A DNA stretch of 64,000 nucleotides from contig OX597822.1 of NCBI GenBank assembly GCA_951406725.2, positions 90,396,001 through 90,460,000 of the forward strand, written 5' to 3'. The notes under the pieces were generated by a model, which did not search any database, was not told the origin of the DNA, and was given only the letters and a program-made list of their open reading frames with translations. Shown in pieces: positions 25,501-37,200 of this stretch (position 1 is its first letter; the number at the start of each line of letters is the position of its first letter). Source of the stretch: Octopus vulgaris (lineage: Eukaryota). A program made the translations under genes and the position numbers.

Positions 25501-28098
25501 TGTCCGTGAGCGTATCTTAGTCAACTTATGAACTTTTCAGCTCACCCTTGTAACATAAAAATTGCAAGGGGAGTTTACAGTAAGCTCAGTTTCTACACTG
25601 AGTTGTACAATGAGATGATGTATCATAAACATTAAACAAGATAAGTTCTTCACTCTTCATGCTGATGATGAAAGCATACAATATATATGAACAAATTTCA
25701 TATATTGAGAGCATATTATATATGGATAATGTGAACCATTAGGCTACTTTTAAGCACTCTAATGGTAGTTTCTAAAATATTTATTAAAGAAAATACAAGC
25801 AATTAAGCATAATCCAAAGCTTTGCAAAATGTATAGAATTGACTGTTTTCATCAAAGGCCTCTAAAGTGAAAGGATGTCCAAAAAATATATAGCAAAGAA
25901 AATCAGGAACACTTTTGATTGCTAGTTAAAAAATCTGAAGTACATCAAAATTAACGCTAAAAGATCCATCACCTAAAGCAACATCGTTTAGTTTTAGTTA
26001 GCTCAGAAGCAAGAGCTGTTAAAGTAATAATAGAAATATAGAAATAGTATACAGCACTTAGACAGGTTTATAGTTGTAGTAGCTGATAAGTGAAAGTTAG
26101 ATACCTTTTTGTTTTTAAATGCAATTTAAGTTGTTTATATGCATGATAGTTGCACTCTCTCAGATAGAACATTTTGATAACAAAAGGTTGTTTCAGTGTT
26201 TTTCAGTTCCGTACATTTTGAGGCCAAAGGGTTGTCTAAACAAATGTTCAGCTTGTTGTGAGGCCAGACAGCTGCCTGGACGAGTTTATTATGAAGCTAG
26301 TAAATGGCCTTAACAACTGGCTGGCTTGATTGTTTGTAACTGAAAGTTATTTGATCATCTTTAAATACATAATTTTTTTACTCTACTTTTATTTCTCCTT
26401 GGATCTTCTTTCTGATTTCTCATGACATTTCTTCTGGCTCCCTAATTATCTGGATAATGTTTTCTCTCATATCTTCTTTAAATTCCAATTCTCTCTTCTC
26501 TTTCTTTGACTGCCTCCTTTGTGTCTACCTTTCTGACTCTCTCCGCCTTAGTTTGTCACTTTCTTTTCCCTTACTTTCCCCTATCTCTGTCCTCTACTTC
26601 CTTTTTCCTCTCACCCTTTTGCTGCTGTTCTTTCTTCATAAAATAGAATTAACTCTTCACGTGTTGGATAAAACTTTTGAGGCTGAGAAAACAATTTCAT
26701 TACTTCAATACAAGGGAAATAATGAGTGTAAACTATTTTGTCCGTTGTCCATCCATAAAAGTTGTTAACGAACCAGTTATATATATAAATTAGCTGTTAT
26801 TAGACCAAAGGCTCTCAACCCATTTTAGCCTAAGGTCCCCTTTTGACCCTTGGAGTCACAAATGGCACCCCTAGAAAATATTTTTATTTTTCAATATACT
26901 ACTTATTTTGATATCAGTAGATAACGATTAAAAAAATAAAGGACATCATTTTACATATGCACTTTTATGCAGTCGAGAGTACAGATGTACAAACTGAAAT
27001 GCAAAAAAAAACCCCCCGAAAAAATGAATTGAAAGTTTGGTGATTGTGTTTTTTTCCACCACACAATACTTATGAGATCAACATGTTGTCTATCGAAAGA
27101 GTGCTTTTTGGTACAAGTAAATGCCAATGAAATCATTTCAAACCTTTCTGACTTCTCTTATCAAAACAGCTAGAACTTATGCGACAATCTGACGTATAAG
27201 TTATTGTCACCGGGGAAGAAGCGGATTTTTTATGCTCAAGAAAGAGTGTATTTGATAGAAATTATTGAAATACATATGTACTTCATATGAGTAGCAAATT
27301 GTGAAGGATGGTATTCACTGTACTTGGATCTAGTTAGTTTGAGTCACAAAATCAGCCCCCTTTTAAAATGATGTAAAAAAATCTGAAAATTTGTTATACT
27401 AAACATTCAGGATCTAGTTTGTTTCATTCATAAAATCTGCATTTTTTAAAAGGAAGTAAAAAAATTTGAAAATTCATTATCTTGATGTAGTTTTCCATGC
27501 TTATTCCTATGACAGAATTGAAAAATTTTTGTAAAAATTCTTAAAAATATATGTTATGAGGAGTTTTAGCATGTGCTTACATCATAATTCCACCCATTAA
27601 CTTCTGGAGAAAAAATTTGACGCAAAATTTTTTTTTTAATTCATGGTTTTAAAACATGGAGAGTCTGAATCTACCATTTGTTTCTTTTTATAATTTCCAA
27701 ATAATTTTTTAAATACTTCAAAATAAAAATTGTGTAAATATGTGTGGCAGAAACAGTAGTTAAAAAATAAGGAAATAGATTTTTAGGAGATTTCATATTA
27801 TGACTGACTTTTATTCCATTATTCTAATATCTTCTGAAACTTATACATGTATAAATGCATACAGAAACATACAAGTACACACACACACACACAGATTTTT
27901 ACAGATTTAGTTTTATATACATCCTTGTATATATATAAATATTTCGGCATATCTACACAATTGTGCCCCAAAGATTTGCTTCTTCATAACCTTGAGAAAA
28001 TTAAATATTTTTTTCTACAAACATGCTTCAGATCATGTAAATTCTGATTAAATTGGAATTCATTGTGAAAAGGAGTTTTAGAAAATTCACACCATTAG

Positions 28099-28157
<59 letters not shown>

Positions 28158-28510
28158 TTACGTGGGTGTATACGTATTGTTTTAATTATATCTTTATACA
28201 CACACATACACACATAAAAAAACTGGCACACCTTTGGTTATGATAATCACAAGTGTCCAAAACTTCTTCACTCTTCCAGCTTCATATTTACTTGTAAAAA
28301 GAAGGCTTTCATCTACTATGTCATACCACTGCACAGCTATCTGTTTGCTAATATTGCTGATGGACATGCAGAGATTTTTTTTTTTTTTTTGCATAATCAT
28401 ATCAATTCCATTATGCAGAAGACAGAATTGAAAAATTTTTGTAAAAATTCTTAAAAATATATAAGTTATGAGGAGTTTTAGCATGTGCTTACATCATAAT
28501 TCCACCCATT

Positions 28511-30410
28511 CATATATATATATAAAAAAATTAGAAAAAACCCACCTTTTATCAATTCAAAATGAACAATTAAATTACACCATATAGAAAATTACATATA
28601 ATAGAAATATTAAAATTAAAATTAAAATAACAATAAAATGTCAATGATTAAGTAAATTGCAAAAAAAATAATAATAAAAACGTATATAATTTGTAGAATA
28701 ACGACACGTGTTTTGTGGCTATATTTAAGAAATGATTATAGTAGTAGAGAAATCGCTTTGATATAAATATAGTCACTCATCAGGTTAAAAATAAACTAGA
28801 ACAATAAAATAATTAATTAATAAATATACTTTTATATATATATATGTATGAAAATACTAAATATACATAAGTGAAAACTAAAACAATACTTAAATTATTA
28901 AATACTTTAAAATTAAATAAAATAACACAAAGCTAGTACAAGTCATTAAATTGTAATCAAAATAAGAAATGGTTCAAATATAGACAAACTCCTTAAATAA
29001 GCTAACCATATAATAAATATACATATGTAGTATCTATAGATTTAATATAAGAATCTATAACAAAGTTGACTAAATATCAAATAATATAATACCTAATTAA
29101 CTTTAATAAGATTTAATATTACAAATAAATAAGCCACCTTAATAATTAAATAATATATTATCTGACAAAATTAATTTTAAAACTAAATTAAATGTAATTC
29201 GTTAGATCCCTTTATATATAAATATATATATTTAAAAAAAAGATATAGGAATTAATATCTATCATAACTTATATCTATAAAAAGATATAATAGTAAGAAT
29301 AATATGTTAATGGAAAGTAAGAAAACCTATCAACCCCAAAATTAAAGAAAGGTGCAAAAATATTAGAACCAAAGAACAATACACTAAGATGTACAATCAC
29401 AATCACCAGTCTTATACAAAGCCAGTCAATAACAACAACGATCAAACTCAAAATAATAAGATCTAACCAATATTGATAAACAAACTAAATTACTAAGTTC
29501 AACGATTAAGTTAATCTATCTGGATTTTAAATTTATTAATATGTTTTAGCGTCTAATTAATATACTCAATACAATTCCTCTTCATGAATAATACAATCAA
29601 AAATTTGAAATAGTACAAATATACTCAAATCCATCATATAAATAGTTATATTAATATCCATGTATAATATCTATAGATTTAATATATCACACGATAAAAA
29701 AGTTAAACATAAACTTTATATTAAAATAAAAACTAGTTTATTTAAAAATAATACTATTTAATGAAAAAATTATCTAATTATTGAAAGAAATATAGTCTAA
29801 CAATATTAATTCTCAAATTAAATAATATGTAAAACGTTAAAATCCTTTATAATAGTTAAAGGATAACATATCCAATATCGAACGTAAAAAATGCTATCAA
29901 GAAACTATAAATAAATAATAATATTACAACATTAATAATAATAACAATAATAATAATATTTCAAAAACACAATGAAATAGAGAAACGATAAAATGTCAAA
30001 CTTTGCTTTGTGAAGTGAAAGAGTAACTGATTTATAAAATTTATTGTATGGAGACTTAGTGCAAAGATTTTTATCAATGCAAAATACGAAAAAACATTAA
30101 AGCCTCATGAACTAAAGAAATGTGGGGAAAAAAACACAACTTATGGAGAAACTAATATGAAGACACCCAACTAAAACTAATAGACACCTATTAATATATC
30201 AATAACAAAATTAGCCACAGCTAAACATTAATCCCAAAATAATACAAAATCCAAACGAAAAGGAGAAAAGAACATTGCTAAGTTAGTTGAGAAGATATTG
30301 CTAGATTATAAACATAAATAATAGTAAGAAAACCTATCAACCCCAAAATTGAAGAAAGGTGCAAAAATATTAGAACCAAAGAACAATACACTAAGAAGAT
30401 GTATAATATA
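28511..30410 (+). mobile_element. Highly decayed Penelope-like element flanked by (TA)n
   Basis: GIY-YIG-like LIYKIYC..CKDFY at about 30025-30075. Internal direct repeat 29317-29395 and 30322-30405. Hammerhead-like motif in the left end. Confidence 0.55.
28697..28787 (-). ncRNA. Type I hammerhead ribozyme-like motif with one core substitution (GAAA>AAAA)
   Basis: Minus strand reads taac CTGATGA gtgactatattt..aaatatagccac AAAA cacgtg TC gtta. Stem I is 4 bp, stem II 11/12 bp, stem III palindromic. Confidence 0.65.
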
Positions 30411-31153
30411 CATACCTCTCAGCCATTCCCAAAAGCCTGTTTGATCCAAAATTCTGACCACCATTCTTTATATATTTGCATACAAACACACACACACATT
30501 CAGCTTTTCGCTTTTATTCATTACTTTTTTCTTTTAATAAGTTTTTGAAAATTTGAAACAAAAAGGCATGTTTTTTTTTTTAAACTGACTGTCGCAGAGA
30601 TGTGAAAATATGGCGACTACTCATTAAACTTACCAAAGACGAGTGTCTTCCAGTGCAAACCCCCCCCCAGTCTCTTAATGCCCCACTAGTGCCTTATTGC
30701 TCCAAAACGCCCCCTCCCCCTCAAGCTCCAAATGGCCCCCCATTGAGAACCTTTGCTATAGACTAATGATGTGTTGATATACCATTGCAAAAGCAAATAT
30801 TCAAATGATGCCAGTTTTGTTGTTTAGTCCAAGGTCAGCTCTGATCAAGCAGTCTTATTGACCAAAGATCTTCCAGCCTTGATTCTCATCTTGTTTTTAG
30901 TCTAAGTAGTATACATGTAACCACATGATCTAATATGCCTCTCATTTATCAAAACAGTAGGGTTAATTTGAGTGAGATATGATTATGTCTCACAAATTGC
31001 GCAACTGTATGGAGTTTCTTTGTTGGCTTGTTGCTAATTTAGTATATCATATATGTAATTAAGAAAAAAAAATAAAGTGGTTGATCTAATCTTTAAAATG
31101 TAATGCTGAAATTTCCACATTTTGACAGTGAATTGTGTTCATTTTTATTTTAG

Positions 31154-31213
31154 GTAAGTCATGATACTTTATGGTCTGACTTGGATTTGTATTTAGACGA
31201 TACATTATGACTG
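31154..31213 (+). CDS. MED1: MED1 start-codon exon (60 nt; ATG at 31207, coding part ATG ACT G)
   Basis: Acceptor tttttattttag and donor CTG|GTAAGT at 31214. The phase-1 end matches the phase-1 start of exon 38481. A at -3 of the ATG. Confidence 0.72.
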
Positions 31214-34200
31214 GTAAGTTGATATTATATTTTTATGAAAATTTTGGTACAAAGATAATAGTGTAATTTTATTCAAATCTTTTGTCATAAGCATAATAAT
31301 TGTATACTGCAGTTATTGATATGCACTTGTGCATAATAATGCATGCCATGAATTATAGGCAATGAAACCTCAGTATAATGCACTCTGACTTTTATTTAAT
31401 ATTATGGTGCATGTAAACATGATAATTATTGTATAAAATATATTGTAAAACTTCGTGAAACAGAATAAACTTTGAAAGTAACCATTGAATTTTAGCTGCG
31501 TAGGTTTATATGCCAGTGGTTTAGAATTACGTAATTTTAGCTGATCTTTCTGACTAAATTTGATTTTTATGGGCAGGTAAATTTAATTAACAGGTGTAAG
31601 AACAATAACATTATGAATAAACACTAAAATTCATATTCTTAATACATCTTACCTGTTTGGTTTGCTGCTAAAATTATCCCAGATGTCAACTACCAACAAT
31701 TTTACATTTTTCAAGATGAAGTACATTAATTTGAATTAATTAAAATACAGGTGTAATCGGTAGAAGATTTTACTCTTTTTCTATATTTCATTCAAACCTT
31801 ATTGAAAATAAAATACAAAACTCTCTTACTAGTCAATATACCATTGGCTATGCACTCTTATACAATTTAGTGAATTCATTTACATAACAGAATGCATATA
31901 AAAAAAAAATCTCATTAACAGGTGAGACAAAGGTGAATACAGGTGTGTAACATACTGAAAATTAATATGTAGTTCTCACTTTCACATATATAATAAAATG
32001 AAAAGGAATATACAAAATTATATACCTATGCCATATTTCTGTCGTGAAACTGTCCAAAGCACCCTTTACACAACAAGGGCACTCTGCAAAACAAACAAAT
32101 ATATGAGGTCTTGACCTGATATCCTTTTGCAGTTTTTCTTTTTTGCAGCGAACACAGTCTGCAAACTTTTTTCCTTCCATTTATCTTTTCGACTTGATGA
32201 AAGTCAATATTTTTTCTGTTGACATCCACCTCAGTTAATTTTGCTTTTCTCCCAGTTCTGTGCTTTCTTAGAAGAAAAGCCTTCACATAACTGAGATGTG
32301 ATGTCAACCCGAAATTTCAAGTGGTCATAGTCCTTTGATGACGGAGGTACCTTGTGGCTTTTTACATAAACAATATATGAATTTACTATAGTTAGATTAA
32401 CTAAAAACCACAAAATGTACCTCCACCATTTCTTCCCAGGTCGACCAACTGGGTAATATGCCCGATATTGGTCAGATTTATCAACCCCACCAATATATTT
32501 GTTATAACAAATATTCACGAGGTGTTTTCCCTCAGCACCAACACCAGGTTGTTCATTAGAAGATAGAAATGAAATCTGTCTTTTGTCTTTGAAGGCAGTA
32601 ACTAAAACATTTTCTTTTTGCATTTGTAAAATGTCCCCTCTTTTTTAATTGTTTGCATTTCACTGGGTAAAAACCTTTACAGTTTCCCATAACAGTACTG
32701 CACATGTAAGTACTTACACGGGCAAGATTTTTCACCAAAGCCACTGAAGAAAAAAAACGGTCGAAATAGAGGTGTCAGTGCTGATGAGGAAATGGTTGTG
32801 TAAGAGACCATACATCATGTCCCAATCCATGAGGTTTTTTTCCCATTATATTTTTTACCTGTGTGAACATCGAAGTTTACACAATATCCCGTCTCCGATC
32901 CCCCATTTAGTGGGTTTGGCAGGCATGTACTGCCGAAAATGTACTCTGCCCTTAAAGCCTATCATGGCTTTATCTACACTGAGATTTTTCTCAGGTAGAT
33001 ACCCAGTTTTATAATTATTAACAAGTAAATCGATTACAGGACATACTTTGTACAGGGGATCGTAGTTTGGGTCGTTTTTGTTGGGGGGCATTAGCAGAAT
33101 CAGTTAAATACAAATACTGAGATATTTTTGAATACTTCATCTTCGACATTATACTTGAAATATATGGGTTGCCATGCCTTACATCAGGACTCCAATAGTT
33201 CCACAGTCGAGGAAGCTGTTTAACTCCAAACATAATATTAATTGTGAAAAAACGCTCTCATTTCCACAGTATTAGTTGGCTGCCATAGTGGATCGTTTCT
33301 TCCATGAACAGAAATTAAATGTTGCGCATATTTGTTTGTTTCCTCCGCAACATTTTCAAAAACTTTCAGGTAAAAATAAAATTAGATAGTCCAGTGGTTG
33401 ATCATCAGGAGGTAAATTGTGTTGTGGACCAGTGTTTTCTGTAAAATCAGAAATAGTGTTTGGTGTTGTAATTTTTGACCATGTTGCTATGTTTACGATA
33501 TCATTTTCATCACTTTCGTTACCAAAATCTTCTTCATCTGACGAATAGTCACTGATATTGATATCAGATTCATCCAAAGACAAAATACTTTTGTTTTCAT
33601 TTATATTTTCTATATCATCAATTGTAAATCCTTCAAAGTCGGAATCGCTACTTGCTGACGCCATTTCTTTCACAACCAAGGCAAACACTTGTCTTCAAAA
33701 GTTGAAAAAACCATGTGGTCTAAACAATTTCACAGTATTTATACTTGAATAAAGGCAGGAAAGGCTTCATCTCGCATTATCTCAAAGCTACAAGAATTCA
33801 ATAATGTGATTTGTTTATTTTTTTTAGCAATTTCGTAGAACTTTTGGATATGACAAATTTATATTATTTAATCTGAACCGAAGTGATTTCGTAGAGCTGG
33901 ATACAGCCAGCTTGAACAAATAAAGGGGAATTAATTTTGGCCGGTTACAGCCATTTTGAACACTAAAGGGTTAAAAAATTGTGTACTATATATGTAGAAA
34001 TATTGTAAGTTTTTCCAAATTAAGTGTTATAACTGTTTTATTAAAATTTATACTATAAAGATCAATTTCAGCCTACTGATTTATGTTGCATGAAGCTGCT
34101 ATACTAAACTGCAATAATGGGAAGATTTTGGTTTCAACACTACCAGTTTATGTCTGGGTATGACTTAAAACTGGTTTGGGAATTCTAAGGTTTTAAGGAG

Positions 34201-37200
34201 TGTGAGATCACCTCTTAACCACTATTGTTCCCAAGTCTACTCTGACTTGGAGTACTAGCACCTTTCAGGGTCTCAGCTATAGGTTAATTAGCATGCCAGT
34301 CAAGCAGATAGAGATTGTTAGCCTGGGGGTTCAACCCATCTATGGGAAGGAAAACCCCTATTCTAAACTGTCATTTCCTTGTGGGCATACCCATTTGTGG
34401 GAAAGGTTTCAAGAGTAAACCCTGAGGAAAAATTGGGAGTCAGAGCCTCTGAGGTAGTTTGATGTTGTCTACAACCTTGTTTTGGTAATTCCTGCACCAA
34501 CACTGGTTCCATTTGTAATGGTCATGCTGTTCCTTTGGATCCATCAGTGATATAGAAAGTGGGGAGGGCATGCTGCATGTGCAACAACCTGCCATCCATA
34601 CCATACTGCTCAGGTTTGGATTCTGTTGAATTCCCTAGGTAGACCCACAAAAAAGAGCACTTCAACTTGAACAGCACTGGGACAGCCCACAAATGTAACT
34701 TGTGTGATAGAGGCTACCATTTGCACATTGGACTGGTCAGTCATAGACAGCACTGTTCCAGTGGAGTGGGCAACTAGGACCTCCACCCATGGTCATATAT
34801 GACAGATGAAGGCCAGAGAAAACTACCAGTTAAAGAAACTAGTTAATATTGCCACTGCCTTCTGCTGTTGGGAGTACATGTTTTCAGCTTAAGAGACAAG
34901 ACTATTGAAAGTGAAGTGTCTTAAATATGGATTTAATACTGTTGTAATATTTTATTAAATATTATTTGTCTTGGTTTTAATAAATCTTAATTATACCATT
35001 TATAATATTGATGAATATATAAATATTACCGATAAGTATGAAGAAAATTACTTCTCTTGAAATTCCCATTTCTTGTGAAAGCAAACTAAAATACTAATTG
35101 TGGCATCAAAATAAATGGTTATTCTTTAAATTCATATTCAAAATTGAAAGTAGCACTCATTTTGAATACATTCAAATAAAACAGGTTGTGTACAAACAGA
35201 AATGAGCCTGGAATATGAGGTCTGACCAAAAAAGAAATTAACTTTTTGAAAAATAAAAAAACAAATTTATTGCTTTACTTAAAATTTACTGTCTCCAGAG
35301 TTGATGCATAACTGCCCATGGTTTTTTCAGTTTGAGAATACATCCTTGACTGTGCATTCAATAGGGCACAGTTCTTGTAGTATATTTTCATCTTTTATCA
35401 TCCTCTCAACTTTAAGAACTTAAAATCCACAAAGGCCAAATTTGGTGAAAAGGGTGGCTAGAGGACAAGAATTATGCCTTGTGAAAAAGTCACAGGTAAG
35501 GAGTAACATGTAACCAGATATGTTGTCTAGATGTAGCATCTAGATTGTGTTGCTACATCTGCTCGGAACTGCAGATGGTTGTATTGTTTCAAGCACCTTC
35601 TTGATTTAGTATATAGTATAAATATATTAACAATACTCAATATTTATTATATATCAAACCAGATATTGTCACCAATTGTTATCTGGTTTACCAGCTGGGT
35701 AATAACCCATCATTTGATTCAGCTGATCTGCACCACCCATGTGCCTGTTATAGTTGAAGTTCACAAAAGAGGTGTCAATGCTAGCAAATTTCCTTTCGCT
35801 GTTTGATTATTTCACCTATTTTTAAAAATTTCGCTTCTTTTTTATATCCAACAGCATCCCTTTCTACTTGTAACCATTGTAGCATGTGTATATGTTACCA
35901 GAGCTTCTAATTCTACCACATATTTGAATGAACTGAAAAACTGGCTAAAAAATAATATACTGCCCTTGTTATAGAATGGAAGCGATAAATTCCAGACTAC
36001 ATCACCCTCTAGGCCATGCTAGCTTACATTATTGTTTTTTTTTTTTTCATATGCATTTTGAATGCAGTTTATGAATTTTATTTTGAATAAGGGCTCAAAG
36101 TACTAGTGTACTGTTAGTGTCTCTTATTTATAGATATTGCAATAATTTTAAAAATCAGGTCCTTGCCATAATACTAGAAATATATTGGTCTCCAAATGGT
36201 TCGTCAGTAGCTTTCTTATACTCATAATAATTTTAATAGCAAAAGATGCTCAGATTTCGTCCAAGCATGTAGGAGACCACAAACTATCTTTCATCTTTGT
36301 TTATATTCTACTTAATTCATTTCTGCAGTACTTTCTTCAAACAAAGAGAGAGAGAAAAATAAATAAATAAATCTAACGGTTTTGTTTCCTGGGAAAGACT
36401 GTGACTAGGTCCAGCTTCTTCAGAAAAATCATTAAGAAAAACAGTTTTCTAACTTTTACTCCATTCAGGTACAAATCCATTTTCTTTGTCGCTTTCAGAG
36501 TTATCTGAATCACTTTTGCAAATCATAATATCTGATTCATAATCACACACTATATGGATTTTATGTTGACTATATTTTGCTTGATATCGCCATGTCTTCT
36601 GTCAAAAAGCCTTCAAATTCTGATTCACTACTTGACAACATGAAACTGATATCCATTTTGTGTCAATATTAAAAATTTTCAGAAATAAATGTAGAATGAA
36701 ATAGGGAAAAAAATCTCCAAAGATTTACAGAACTCAGATATCTTCAAATAATGTTGGATACTATAACTCAATTGTTTACGTAGTGAAACCATGTGTTTTC
36801 ACAAATTTATTAACAAGATTTACTCTGAAATTCTCATTTAAATACAAATAGGTTATTTCAGGTGGGTACAGTTGGGTAGGTAACATAGGCCAAAGGAATT
36901 CTTGGGTGGCTTCAGGCTGGTTGGTAACAAAAGGGTTAACCTCCTGAAATATTTTGCTAAAAGTCCTACTCCTTGATTCAGTCTTCATAATTTTTACTGG
37001 CCTCAGAATCCTACAAATCTGTAACCATTTCTCTAATGCAACTACATTTCCACCAACTACAGTTTCATCATATAGTTTACACCCAGAAACATTTCACAAG
37101 TCAAAATTGATGAAATTGAAGGTGATCGACTTCACTTCTGACCTTGATAAAGAAACCAAACAAGAATATAGCTGTCTACATCCCCAACATCCTTAAAATG

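Larger units (their letters stand above)
26806..30755. mobile_element. Non-autonomous hAT (Charlie/SPIN-type TIR) shell enclosing nested elements
   Basis: TIR caaaggctctcaa (26806) and ttgagaacctttg (ends 30755). The flanking 8-mers tattagac and ctatagac are a partial TSD resembling NTCTAGAN. Confidence 0.6.
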
